This document shows positions 11,984 to 25,750 of a DNA stretch of 64,000 nt, piece after piece. The notes under the pieces are model-generated. The model did not search any database. It was not told where the DNA came from and saw only the letters and a program-made list of their open reading frames with translations. The stretch is from Octopus sinensis (taxonomy: Eukaryota): the NCBI RefSeq assembly GCF_006345805.1, contig NC_043002.1, positions 67,208,001 to 67,272,000 of the forward strand. Direction: 5' to 3'. Within the stretch, counting starts at the first letter, position 1, and every line of letters begins with the position of its first letter. The position numbers were made by a program, and so were the translations under genes.

Positions 11984-12205
11984 AAGGTGGCGAGATGGTA
12001 GAATCGTTAGCACGCCGCGTAAAAATGCTTAGCGATATTTCGTCCGTCTTTGCGTTTGGAGTTCAAATTCCGCCGAGATCGACTTTGCCTTTCATCCTTC
12101 TGGTGATCGATAAAATAAGCACCAGTTGAGCACTGAGGTCGATGTTATCAACTTATCTCCTCTCCAAAAATTGCTAGCCATGTGCTAACATTTGAAATCA
12201 ATATG
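11984..12205 (+). mobile_element. Family-C SINE (Nin/Deu-like domain)
   Basis: Head ggtggcgagatggtagaatcgttag, B-box gagttcaaattcc, and domain gactttgcctttcatccttctggtgatcgataaaataagcacc. Confidence 0.85.
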
Positions 12206-13248
12206 TATACGAACTTATATGAATGCGTGATTGCATGCATGCATATACACACACACACACACTCATATATTTACATTTATGTGAGTGTGAATATATATGT
12301 ATTTATGCATGTTTGGAAATGCTTCTGCGAGACTTAATGTTTTATGTTTATTTCCCATAAAGCTTAATAACCGGCTCTGGTTTGTTTACGTCCGATACCT
12401 AAGTTTACAGGTAATAACCTGCTACCCACATAAATCCTACCAGGAACAAGACCGAACCTGAGTGAAATCATCGACGACGACGACGACGATAATAATAATA
12501 ATAATTGCTGAAATCTAACATCTCCTACGTAAGGTCACATCTTTTCTGTTTTATAACAACCTCCAGCTTGAATTTACACCTCGTATTTTCCCGATTGTTT
12601 ATGAAAGGTAATTAATCTTTCCATGTGATTGAAAGCATTTTATTAGAAGAATTTTATCTTTGTATATTTTTATATAAAGTCAATACAAGAGGAAATAAAT
12701 TTCATTAAAAACTATGCTGGAACAAGTCAATAAAAAAGTTAGTGGAGACAACGACTAATTAACTACAGCAATTAGTAGTTTTTCAGACATTATTTACAAG
12801 TGTTCTTTCTAGAAGTTTTTTTATTGGTATCGCCGGGAGTGACCACCAACATTCAAGCTATTGGTAGACAAACAGACACATGGATATGCGTTTAAACACG
12901 TTGAAAAATAACAAAAAGGATTGGAAACATTTACGCATGAAAATGGAGACAGTTAAGAAAACATTGGTATTTTCATATTGTGTGTATGTGTATTTGTGTG
13001 TGTCTATTTTGAAGGCGGCGTACGTATACACATTCACACATGGAGAACAAACATAAAACTGTACCTGCACGCTTTTCTTCCCTTGTTCTATCTCTCACTC
13101 ACTCACTGTCTTTCTCTTTCACTCACCCTTTCCCTTCGTCACTCACATATACATACTTATAAACGTGTGTGCGTATGTGTGAATATATATATGTAGCCAC
13201 GTATACATATACTCACACACATACACAGACACATACACACTCACACAC

Positions 13249-13288
<40 letters not shown>

Positions 13289-13359
13289 GGGGAGTGTAAG
13301 ACAGAAAGCGAATGCGTGCGCAAGCACTATTTTACGTCTATAAACACCTACATACATTC

Positions 13360-13725
13360 ATTCATATATACATACACACACACATACATACATACATACA
13401 TACATACGTACGTACGTACATACATGTATACATAGATACATGCATACATAAATACATACATACACACATACATGCATACATACATACACACATACATGCA
13501 TACATACATACATAAATACATGTATACATACATACATAAATACATACATACATACATACATAAATACATACATACATACATACATACATACATACATAGT
13601 AATACATGCATACATAAATACATGCATACATATATGCATACATACATGCATTCATGCACGCATACATAAATACATACATACATACATACATACATACATA
13701 CATACATACATACATACATACATGC
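13360..13725. repeat. (TACA)n microsatellite
   Basis: Direct reading of the sequence. Confidence 0.97.
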
Positions 13726-14734
13726 ATTTTGTAGGTGGCTGATTGTGTGAGTGTAAATATTCGCTCTGGGCAAAGCACGTGTATATGCGTCGGTATATGC
13801 GTTAGTGTATACATGTTTTTCCTGCCTCGCTTCTGCAACTTTTTGTGAGGTAACGTGACAAAATACTGAAAGGTGCTGAAAACATTATTACAAAAAAATC
13901 CGTTTCATGTTTGGCGGAGATGAATATCCGCAGGGTAAGAATGTGAACAAGACGAAAGCATTAGTATATATATATTAAAAAAACTAGGATATGTTCTACA
14001 TAGATGTCACGGTAGGATATCTGGAACCGACAAAATGAAAGAAAATATTCTAAACACCTTCTTCAAATAAAACAAGACAAACTACTGGAAATCACTTTGA
14101 ACCATTCCAAGAACAACTAAATTCTTTTCCCTTTTTTTTTTGATAAATTTCAACATAAAATCGTATATTTGATTCCTAAATTTCGTCTTTTGTAGAAAAG
14201 AGTTTTAAATTGTTTTGACACTGGATATTTTTTTTTATCAAAATAAACAACGGTGATAAGGTATTTCTAGAACGAAACAAAATTTCACGTGAGATATCGC
14301 CATCATCTTGTCACCGTTATGAGATTGCAAATTCTCTACTGGGTTGTTTATGTGTGGGTGAACTGCAGTTTAACTTCATTTAATTTCCATCGAAATCTTA
14401 ATGGAGCAGATATATGTCAAAATTTGGTGAAGAATAGAGCTGAGAGAAGAGGAGAGCCGACAAAACCTTAATGCATTATATTTTGATCGAAATACAATAT
14501 GGAAAACAATTATAGTATTCATAGTAAACCATTTAACTCGACTCTCTATGTCCTATAAAGATTTTTAACCGAAAAAGTCGATGCTTTATCAATGAACCAG
14601 CTTTGAAGGCGATCGGTTTACATTTAGTCGCCATCTTGTCAGCAATGTGCATCGGTCTATGATATATGACTAGTCATTGTAAGCAATGGCATCACAGAAT
14701 GTTTCGTTGGTTTACAAAAATGTAGTAATAGTAG

Positions 14735-15090
14735 TAGTAGTAGTATATGGTCATGCGCCGTAATAGCGTATTCGCTACATCCACCATTTGCTAGTGATTC
14801 CCTAAATTCCTGGCGGATGATGCCTTTGCACCGAACTACTAGGATCTGTTTGGATAGTGGAATAGTCGTTGCCGGTGATGGCTTTACGAGGCTGGCGAGC
14901 AAATCATATTGTTTAAGACACGCAGAAGAAACACTGGGTATATTCTTTGATATGCCCGTCCTCAAACAGCACTAGAACAAAGTAAAATGAAGTGTTTTGC
15001 TCAAGAACACAACACGCACTGGGTCCGGAAACCGAACTCACAATCTGACTATCGTGAGTGCAATATACTGACCACTGAACCATGCACCTT
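14735..15090 (-). mobile_element. tRNA-head SINE with partial CORE-like domain, distinct ~230-bp body and (CTA)n tail
   Basis: The minus strand reads ggtgcatggttcagtggtcag...gagttcggtttccgg, then gtgttcttgagcaaaacacttc, then a body unlike families B and E, ending ...catgaccatatactactactac. Confidence 0.7.
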
Positions 15091-15359
15091 CACCAAAATG
15101 TTGGATCTACAAAAATTCCGTGACAGAATGGCGCGCTATCCTCGAGATGAGTTTCCTACGGAATAAATTCAGACCGTGTGTTGTGGAAATTTCTAACTCT
15201 AGCGGTGGATAAGAGTATAAAAGAAAAGGGAGACGATGAAAAATAAACTTGTACGGTGCAGGGTTTCAATTTAGAAGCGAATGCTCCAGTAACAGCGAAA
15301 GAAAAGTCGTATAGTATTGTGACATCATCTATTTCATTAAGATTTAATCAGATCTTCTC

Positions 15360-15651
15360 TTCTTCTCACCCTTTTCATGAGCCCGGTTTCCCGGTTTCTG
15401 TGGCGTATGTGTTTCCTCCCAGCTGGATGGGACGCCAGTCCATCGCAGCGTTACTCAAGAAACAAGAAGATAGAGTGAGAGAATGTTTTGGCGAAAGAGT
15501 ACAACATGGGTCGCCACCACCCCGTACCGGAGCCTCGTGGAGCTTTTGGGTGTTTTCGCTCAACAAAACACATAACGCCCGGTCTGGGAATCGAAACCGC
15601 GATCCTCCGAGCGCGAGTCCGCTGCCCTAACCACTGGGCCATTGCGCCTCC
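15360..15651 (-). mobile_element. Family-D tRNA-derived SINE with V-domain-like motif
   Basis: Head ggcgcaatggcccagtggttagg...ggtttcgattccc. The minus strand of 15423-15448 reads CTGCGATGGACTGGCGTCCCATCCAG, which resembles the V-SINE core. A second copy lies at 42990-43227. Confidence 0.75.
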
Positions 15652-15729
15652 ACAATTCAATCAAATCTATACCTGTTTAATGCAATCGGTGTGCCATTTC
15701 ATTGGAAAGAAAACACCCAATGCAATTTA

Positions 15730-16160
15730 TATGAGTGTGTGCGTGTGTGTACGTGAGTGTATGTATGTGTGTGTGCGTGTCTGTGTATGTGTGTGTACGT
15801 ATGTGTAGATGTGTGTGTGCACGCACGCGCGTGTGTGTACATGCGTGTGCGTATGTATGCGTGTGTGCGTGTGCGAATGTGTGTGCGTATATGTGTACCT
15901 GTATACGTGCGTATATGTTTGTGTGTACGTGTGCGTGTGTGCGTGTGTGTATGTGTGCGCGCGTGTGCGTGCGCATGCGTGTGAGTGTGTGTGTGTGCGT
16001 ACTCTGTGTGTGTATGTGTACGTGCGTATATGTGTACCTGTGTGCGTCTGTGCATGTGTGCGTGTGCGTGGGTGCGTACGTGTGTGCATGTGCGTGCGTC
16101 TGTGAATGTGTGCATGCATGTGTGTGTGTGTGTATGTGTGTGTGTGCGTGCGTGTGTGGA
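15730..16160. repeat. Long degenerate alternating purine-pyrimidine (GT/GC/AT) tract
   Basis: About 430 bp of near-continuous RY alternation. Confidence 0.9.
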
Positions 16161-16532
16161 GGCTGCCAAGAAGGTATCTAGATGGCTCTGGCTGAAAGAA
16201 GTTATGACTGCGGTAGGTAGAATGCCTCTTGAAATTAAATGCATTGATTAATTATAATTAAAACATTGTTAATTTCAATGTATTTGCAAATTAATAATGT
16301 TTCAATAGTTATTGCTGATAGTCACAGTTTACTCTGGACTTCATTATCCAATGCTTACCTATTTAACAAAGACGATAAAATGATTATTTTTGCAGAGTAC
16401 TTGACTGTTATTTCTAGTAGATCGAGCAACCACCAGCCCCTCCCACATTGCCTCGCTGCAATATGTTATATTTCCTTGTGATGTGTAATGTACAGCGAAG
16501 GCATGCTCACACCGTTTGTAAAACACGTAGAC

Positions 16533-16612
16533 TACGAGGGGTGCTGAAAAGTTCCTGATTTGGGGTGAAAAAAAATACACGAGGATCAGTTAATTATGAT
16601 TTTATTCGGCAT
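16533..16612 (+). mobile_element. Tc1/mariner-type left terminus fragment
   Basis: TA followed by cgaggggtgctgaaaagttcc, resembling mariner TIR starts (TA-CGAGGG...). Truncated by a SINE at 16616. Confidence 0.5.
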
Positions 16613-16615
16613 ATA

Positions 16616-17155
16616 AGGCGGCAAGCTGGCAGAAGCGTTAGCAAGCCGGGCGATATTTCGTCTGTCTTTACGTCCTGAGTTCAAATTCCGCCCAGGTCGA
16701 CTTTGCATTTCATCCTTTCAGGGTCGATAAATTAAGTACCAGTTACGCACTGGGGTCGATCTAATCGACTTAATTCCTTTGTCTGTCTTTGTTTGTCCCC
16801 TCTATGTTTAGCTCCTTGTGGGCAATAAAGAAATAAGAAACGTTACCACGCCAGGCGAAATACTTAGCGATATTTCGTCTGTCTTTACGTTCTGAGTTCA
16901 AATTCCGCTGAGGTCGACTTTGCCTTTCATCCGTTTGGGGTCGATAAATTAAGTACCAGCTGCGTACTGGGGTCGGCAAAAGGATTAAGTCGATTATATC
17001 GACCCCAGTGCGTAACTGGTACTTATTTAATCGAACCCGAAAAGATGAAAGGCAAAGTCGACCTCGGCGGAATTTGAACTCAGAACGTAAAGACAGACGA
17101 AATGCCGCTAAGCATTTCACCCGGCGTGCTAACGTTTCTATCAGCTCGCCGCCTT
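16616..17155. mobile_element. Cluster of three family-C SINEs (+, +, -)
   Basis: Full + copy at 16616-16836, 5'-trimmed + copy at 16837-16975, and - copy at ~16985-17155. Confidence 0.92.
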
Positions 17156-18229
17156 AGGACACTAGCTATATTAAGAGAGAAATACAGAAATCTGTAAAAG
17201 TAATATGCAAAATATACCAATCACGTAAAGGAAACAAAGCGGTAAGTTAATAAAATTGGTGAAGGTTGGTGTTGAAAAGACAATTAAAATAAAACACAAA
17301 AAAACAAAAACAACAAACAAAAAAACACATGATTAATTTCATCCTACCAAAATTTAGTATGGTATATTTTGTCGAAAGCCTTGAAATATGAAAAGTTTTC
17401 ATGAATGGCGGTGTGGTGGTTAGAAATGAATGATGGTCAGGAAACGAAATATATGTCTTGTATGTCTTACCTAAACACGCTAGTGACGTAAGAAAGATGT
17501 GAAGTGGTCCTGATTGGGAATCGAAACCGGGTCATAGATTCGGTTCACTGAGAATGTAATGATGCACTTCAGCTCTATCCAATGGTTAGCATTCCTGAAA
17601 GAAAGCAAAAAAGAAAAAAGAGAGGTCAATGAATGCGTATTGGACAATTCACTATGAATGTATTGAAGCATCGTATTGTAGACGCCATTGTTAACATACC
17701 AAAGCTAATGACAGCGTATTTAACCATTAAAAATTTAGGATATGTAACACATACAATCTCATTATTTCTGTTTCTTTTACATTGTGTCACCCTTTTCTTT
17801 TTGCAAAAATACAAAAATAAATAAAAAGTAATGGGGAAATAATCACATCCAGTTTTCGTGAAGTTTCTAAAGATCTAATTATTTCACTGAAATGTCTATG
17901 GAGCAAAAATCTCTGTGCTTTTACCATTTGATACTCTAAATCAGCACCGTTGTCGTAGATTCATTGTCATCATCCATTAAAAATAATCGCATTCACATTG
18001 TTACATTCACTATTACTTCGCTCATATAAACATATGTTTGGGGTCTCTATGTGTATGTATATATGTATAGATATCCATATATACAACTACAGTGGCTAAC
18101 AATGCAAATCAAAATCCAGAAGATAAGGAGTGGAGCTATATATAACATTTACAACTTATGTAACAGTTTTCATCTTGTTATGAAACAATTGTAGTTCATG
18201 CTTTACCTGTTCCACTCCTTATCTTTCAG

Positions 18230-18290
<61 letters not shown>

Positions 18291-18310
18291 TGTGTGTGTA
18301 TGTGTGTGTG

Positions 18311-18636
18311 AAGGCGCATAGCTCAGTGGTTAGAGCGTCGAGCTAACGATCGTGAGGTTGTGAGTTCGGACCGGGCTGCGTGTTGTGTTCTTGAGCAAGA
18401 CACTTTATTTCACGTTGCTCCAGTTCACTCAGCTGTAGAAATGAGTTGCGACGTCACAGGTGCCAAGCTGTATCTGCTGTTGCTTTTCCCTTGGATAACA
18501 CTGGTGGCGTGGAGAGGGGAGGCCGGTATGCATGGGCGACTACTGATCTTCTATAAACAACCTTGCCCGGACTTGTGCCTGGGAGGGCAACTGTCTAGGT
18601 GCAATCCCACAGTCAGCCATGACCGAAGGGGGTTTC
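18311..18636 (+). mobile_element. Family-B CORE-like tRNA-derived SINE
   Basis: A-box tagctcagtggttagagc. cttgagcaagacactttatttcacgttgctccagttcactcagctgtagaaatgag resembles the MIR-type CORE. Copies at 35466 (+) and 42572 (-). Confidence 0.88.
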
Positions 18637-18880
18637 AACATATATATATAACGTACGACGGCGTCTTATAAAGCTAGATTTATATATCCTATATTTGCAG
18701 GAGAATTTGTCGTTCAGGCAGTTTAGCTTATTGGTAAAGCACTTGACGCGTAAGCGTACTATATCATTAGCATTATCCTGCGTTTGAGAATCAAACTATT
18801 TCCTTATCTGCATCCTTCAATACATCTCAACGCTTCTAAATCAAACAATGTTTGTTGACTTTCAGCGTAATTTGAATTAA

Positions 18881-18978
<98 letters not shown>

Positions 18979-19263
18979 CCTTTTTCTTTTATTGTTTTAC
19001 TTCTTTCAGTCATTTGAGTGTGGCCATACTGAAGCACCGCCTTTAGCCAAACAAATCGATCCCAGGACCTAATTCTTTGTAAGCCTAGTACTTATTCTAT
19101 CGGTCTCTCTTGCGGAACCGCTAAGATACGGGGACATAAACACACCACCATCGTTTTCAGGCGATGGTGGGTACAAACACAGACACAAATTCATATATAT
19201 ATATATATATATATGTATGTATATGTATGTATATATATATGTGTGTGTGTGTGTATGTATGTG

Positions 19264-19296
<33 letters not shown>

Positions 19297-19457
19297 TTAC
19301 GACGGGCTTCCTTTAGTTTCTGTCTACCAAATCCACTCTTAAGGCTTTGCTCGGTCCGAGGCTACATGAGAAGACACTTGCCTAAGGTGCCGCGCAGTGG
19401 AAATGAACCCGGGACCATGTGGTTAGGAAGCAAGCTTCTTACCGCATAGCCACACCT
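18979..19457 (-). mobile_element. Full-length family-A SINE
   Basis: Reverse-complement match to 5865-6308. Confidence 0.88.
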
Positions 19458-19510
19458 ATATATGTATGTATATATATATACATACATACATACATACATA
19501 CATACATACA

Positions 19511-19541
<31 letters not shown>

Positions 19542-20077
19542 GTTTGTGTGTGTGTGTTTGTACCTATATGTATATATATCTTTATTACAAAATAGAGTAG
19601 AAGCAGGTATAACCTTGTGAGTGTGTTTAAATGAGTTCATTGACTCATCCATGATGCATCTGTTTTTACGCCAACTCCGATATTTAGTTCTCATCAGTTA
19701 CCAAAAGAAGAGCAGCAAAAGAACAACATGTGAAAGATATCCTTTAAAAGGACGAAATATGCTGACTGGATAAATTGTTCCACAACTGGCATAGTTTAAA
19801 TCCTTTGGCAGAGATTCGTCGAATGTTTATTTGTGCACATTACACCATTTTATGTGTCTGCAATAAGTGGCTATCTGTAATATGGGTAGCAGCTTTGAGA
19901 ATTTTGCCCACATTAAACAAACAGCCAGCCAGCCTGTTGAATTGATAAATGTATTTCACTCGCTTAATTCCATAAAACTAATGCTAAGAATTATCTGTAG
20001 TTTTGAGGTATTCTGGACATTGCAGATAGTTCATATACATATATATGATACATACATATATTTTATATATGATATGC

Positions 20078-20111
<34 letters not shown>

Positions 20112-20774
20112 AATCTTTAAAACATTGTGCACAGCCTTAGCTATAACCACAAGTAAACTAGTATAGTTGAATCTTCCAGAAGCTTCTAAATGTTTTGATA
20201 TCAAGTTGTAGCGGCAGAAAAGACAAACGAAAAAATCATGAGAAAACAACGCAACATAAAATACAAAAATGAACCACGCACAAGAACTTTGATAAATCCT
20301 GCAGCTACGTATGTGCAGTCTTTGTACTGTCTTGTATTAAAGCTGATATCACAGGATGGCTTTATCGATTCCAGTTGACCACTTTCGTATTAAAGAAATT
20401 TAAAAAGTTCAAATCAGGCTCAAAATTCCATATGACACTTTGCAAGTTGATGTCGCTCCCACTCGCTTGCTTTTTCTCTCTGTCTGACTTTCTGTTCGTC
20501 TGTCGGTTGTTTGTTCTTACCATCGACCAACATACTGCGGGTATATCTCTGTCTGCCTGTCTGTCTGTGAATCTGTCCATCTTCTATCTGCTCACAGCAT
20601 ATCGTCAGTCTGTCCACATGTGTGCGCACACATATGCTCATGTATGTATGTACGCATGTATGTATCTATATATATATATATACATGCATTATGTATAAGT
20701 GTTTGTGTATATTTGTATGTACGTACATATAAACATGTGTATATATATATATATATAAATACATGTATGCATGG

Positions 20775-20807
<33 letters not shown>

Positions 20808-20810
20808 CAT

Positions 20811-20845
<35 letters not shown>

Positions 20846-21938
20846 TCAATGTGTGTATGTATATAAATACATATATTTATGTATGTGTATATTAATGTAT
20901 TCATACATGTGTATGAGTATGACTATATGCGTACTAACACACACACACACATACACACACACACACACACGCACATTTCCCTTAATTTCTCTATCTTTCT
21001 TTCTCTCCCTCCCTCTAGACAGCGCTATTAATATATTTTCTTAAAGACAGCAATCTGTTCAACATAAAGAACGAAAGGCTTCTTAAAAACGCCATGCTTT
21101 TTAGTAAAACGAAGGGAAAAAAGATAGAAAATAATTGACAAGACATTCTCGGGTTGAAAAGAAAAGATAAATCTTTTTACTAACAAGTAAACTATCTCTA
21201 TATCTACAACTTGAAACAATAGCCACTATTTATGTCTAGCCATTCCATCGAGTCGAGTGTCGACATATAATTTTCGCTCCGTTTTTTTCTCGTGTCACAA
21301 CTACCTGGCGCCAACAAGGAAATACACAAGCATTACGGGCTTTTTTTTCTATTTTAAATTTTATTTATTTCGTTTGTTGTGTTGTCTTGTTTGCTTGTTT
21401 GTTTTGTTAGTTTGTTCATTGGTTTCTTTGTTTGTTTGTTGCTTCTTTTTTTTCTTTTCAAATTCATTTATATATTGTGCATTTCCTTGTAACCAATTCT
21501 GTAATCTATACAAACATTGTTTCGACGTTGCGTTACGTTTCTTCTCTCGGAAAACAGACGGTTTCAAATATGACGTCAGTAAAGTAACAACAACAACAAC
21601 AAAAGATAGCAACAAGTTTCCTGAATGAATACATACAGACACACACACGTGCATACATACATACATACATACATACATACATACGTACGTAGAAGCTCTA
21701 TCGGCTCAATGCTATTACCGCTTAAAATGTCTGATTGTTAGGCCGCTTGTCTATCGATGTTAACATCTCAATAATGCCACACAAGACCTGCCTCACATTA
21801 TGGGAAACTCGTTACCAAACAATTACTGAATTCTTTGTCCCAAACATGGTGGCTAGCCAGTAACGAATCTTGAGTCTGTAATCTCAGAACAAACAATAAT
21901 AACACTGCTTTACGAAAGAATTTTGTTGTTTTTTTTTC

Positions 21939-21978
<40 letters not shown>

Positions 21979-22494
21979 CTTTTTTTGTTTTGTTTCTTTC
22001 CTCATCGCCGTTTTTTTCCCATTTTTCTTTGGACCAAACTGGTATAAAGTAGGGAAAAGGGTTAGAAGTAAAAAAAAAGAAAAAAGAAAGAAAGTCTAAG
22101 TGGGAGAGCAAAGTTGGGAAGCCGCCCCTACTGAAAGAAACCCGCCAAAAAAGTGGTGGGAAAATATATGTTTAGAAAATATCTGTTTAGATCAAATCAA
22201 GTGGTGTTTCTTTTTAGAATTATCGAAACCATTAACATTTTGTTAGAGCTATGCAACAACAACAACAGTAGGCATAAGGCTTGAAATATATTAGGAGGGA
22301 ACGATCAATCGTAAGGTTTTCCTCTCGGCACTTACTACAGGGAACAACTCCGGAATTGTTCGATGGTTTTGCGAGGTCACGGGAAGCTGCATGTCCTTGG
22401 AGACTTTACCAGATAACAAATCGTGAAAATAATGTCAGGGCTGGCAACTTATTGGCATATTTTTGCTACGAAGGTGCCCACGAGCCAATGGTCA

Positions 22495-22730
22495 TCTTTC
22501 TCTATATCTTCTATTTTTTTTTGTTTCACTCATAAGACTGCAGCCAGACTGGGGCACTGCGTTGAAGAATTTTAGTCGAGCGACTCGATCACAGAACTTT
22601 ATATTTTGCTGGTAATCTCACATACACTACATTTACTGAACCGCTACGTTACAGGGACGCAAACACGCCAACACCATTTGTCAATCGGTGGTAAGGGACA
22701 ACCACAGACACAACGATACACCACTTACAC
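22495..22730 (-). mobile_element. Family-A SINE, 3' half
   Basis: Degenerate match (gactgcagccagactggggcactgc...ttttagtcgagcgactcgatc). Confidence 0.7.
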
Positions 22731-22814
22731 TCACACACACACGCACACGCATACACACACGCACATGTATACATACATAAACACATGCACACATAGACAC
22801 ACACATGTCTGTTG

Positions 22815-22847
<33 letters not shown>

Positions 22848-23873
22848 CCGTACTCAGATGTATATATATATATATATATATTATATATGTACACGTGTAT
22901 ATATATATATATATATATATAAGTATATATATATATATATATTATACATTCGTGGTACATTTGCATTAAGTTTGATACATAGATTGCTGATTTAGTCTAA
23001 TACTGCTTCTGCTGCACGTAACGAATATTTATGTACACACATACAAACAAGGATTTTAGTGTGCGTATGCATAGTAAGAGCATATAATAACGAGTATTGA
23101 GATAAATCATATAAAATGATTATATTGATGGTGGTGATGATATGAGCGACAACGACGACGACGATGATGATGATGATGATGATTGTGGTGGTGGGGATTA
23201 TGATAACGATTTCGAAAATCATAATACCAAAGGCGTTTTTTTTTCTGTTTTGTCTTTTCAGCGTCTGGACACAGAGAAGTCCAACGAAGCCGTTAAAAAC
23301 TTATTAAACAAATGAACTAATGTGATTTCGTAGGTTTACCCAACAATGTGCAATCTCCAAGCTATCATATGGACAATTCTTCGTTTGTTGGAAGCATCTA
23401 AATTTAGTAGCTATTTCACTTCCTTAACAACAGCTAACATATTTTAATCCGAGATACGATTTTAGACTCTGAAGCATTTAAGTGTGTGATATCTTGGATA
23501 GACATCAATAACCAATCAGAGCTGCTATTTTTAAATGTATTCTTATAGTTTCCATTATTCTTTTGGTCAATTTTCCTACATTTTTTTTCTTGTTTCGTTT
23601 CATTGAGAGAGTTTGATTCTTTCAAAATGCAACAATTCTCACTGTTGCAAATCACCAAACTATATGATTTGCAAGAATTCCTAATTAAAAGGGTCTATTG
23701 ATTCAGTAATCATTATGGCGGACTAATAAACGGAAGTACGAATTACGCCTTTAAATGGATATCGTTGTTACAACAGTTTACATTAATTGTTGTTTTTATT
23801 AATGTTGTTGTTGTTGTTGTTAACGTAGTCCTGTTGCTATAATAGTTGATATTATTACTGTTATAAATAAATT

Positions 23874-24300
23874 GGCGAGCTGGTAGAATCGTGAGAGCGT
23901 CGGACATAACTTTAAGTGCTGAGTTCAAATTTCGCCGAGATCGACTTTACATTTCCTCCTTTCGGAGTCGATATAATAAGTACCAGTCGGACACTGGGGA
24001 CGATGTAATCCACTATCCCCCCATTCCAAATTCCAAACCCGGTGCTAATAGTAGAAAGGACCATTATTAATATAACTAAGGTGGTGAGTTGGCAGAATCG
24101 TTAGCGAGTCGGACAAAATACTTAATGATATTTCTTCCGGTTCTTTAAATTCTGGATTCATATATCGCTGAGATTGAATTTGCATCTTATTCTCTAGGGT
24201 CGATAAAATAAAGTTCCAGTTGAACACTGATAGAATTAATTGACTTCCCCTCTTACTTAAAATTACTAGCTTTGTACCAAAATTATAAGTATTTCTCGTT
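23874..24300 (+). mobile_element. Two head-to-tail family-C SINEs
   Basis: Copies start at ~23874 and ~24077, and both carry the gtcgataaaataag domain. Confidence 0.85.
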
Positions 24301-25109
24301 TCCACTGCTGCGACTCCTTTGGTTGTTGTTGTTACACAAGAAATTCGCAGGGATTCCAAACGTTCTCATCTGTTCTTGGAAATCTTAACATCTAAGTGAC
24401 GGCTATAGCTATCAAACAGAACATAACTCGTATTGTCCCCAAGAGGATTTCTCGCAAAGCTTAGTCACAGTTAACACATTGTAACGGATTGTGTACTTAT
24501 CCGAATTTCCCAGTCAGTTTGATATTTTGCTTTCAGCGAAAAATTGAAATGAAGGGGAAAAGGACAGACACACAAGCAGAAAAAAATGGCGAAGATAACA
24601 AAAAGTAAAATGAATAACAAAACAAAAAAAAAGAAGAAAAACTAAAGAGAAAACACATAGTGAAGTAATATAACGGTAAGCAATTATATGTGGGAGATAA
24701 ATTGTTTTAATAGGATACTGTAAAGATTTAAGTTTTGAGTAAGAGATCACTATGTTGTTATGTAAACTTTGCCAAACACCAAGACAAACATGTTAGAATT
24801 GGAACCATAAGTGTGGTCTTAAAGTCAACACATTAGACTTTTGTAACCAAAACAATGTAGCAGCAAGAACAACTCTGGTGGCATTAGAAGATCCAATTAT
24901 ATTTTAATTTGAATTACAAACATTTTAGCAAATATCTTCACGCCTCTTTTGGAAATATGTCTCTTTTAAAGCGACACGCATTAATCAAAATGTTCTTTCG
25001 TTTAACAATGATCGCGTAAGTTTACGTTTATGGACAACCGCTTAGATTTGAACTAGAGATTATGCATATTACCATTCAATTGTAATGATTATCATCATCA
25101 TCATCATTG

Positions 25110-25142
<33 letters not shown>

Positions 25143-25158
25143 TATTATTATTATTATT

Positions 25159-25713
25159 GAGTGAGAGAGCAGTGCATACCATCAAAGTGATACTGGGGTA
25201 AAATATGCGAAACCCAGTATACCCATCATGACTACCCGTCTAATAAGGGTACAACAGGCACATGCATCACAACCATATATGAGCGACATGGTGATCTCAT
25301 ATCAAGATAAACAGCTGATGACCTTGCAGGTGGGGTCCAGTTAGAATTTTCTTCTGGTCGAGTAGCCCATCCCGCTCAAAAGGTCCCTGAATAAGGGTTG
25401 TTTAAGGATGTTGAACGAAACACCCATGTTTCCAGAGGTGATTTATTCAAACCCCAAAGAATCCTTCTCAACACATGGCTATGATGCTCCCCCACTACTT
25501 CTGCTGGTGATCAGAGATGCAGATATCGTCAGCCACTAAGGGACATGCTCAACTGGTTATGGTCAAACCACTGACAAGCAAAATCTGCGGTATTGAGCAG
25601 AATATTTGCTGTAGCCCATCTTTTATACCAAGACAAGACAATGTACATGATAACACTTCCAACCAGTTAAGATCAGCAGCATGAGAGCCACTGTCTGGTA
25701 CTGCATCAGGGCA
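25159..25713 (-). mobile_element. 545-bp non-coding repeat (probable non-LTR-derived element), copy 1
   Basis: Reverse complement aligns end to end with 29977-30521. Flanked by (ATT)n and (TTC)n/(ATT)n. Confidence 0.85.
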
Positions 25714-25750
25714 TTTCTTCTTCTTCTTCTTCTTATTATTATTATTATTA

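Noticed and set aside
18311-18385. tRNA genes at SINE heads (also 15580-15651, 35466-35530, 43160-43227, 45416-45485)
   Set aside because: They have A/B boxes but no closed acceptor or anticodon stems, and they continue into SINE bodies.
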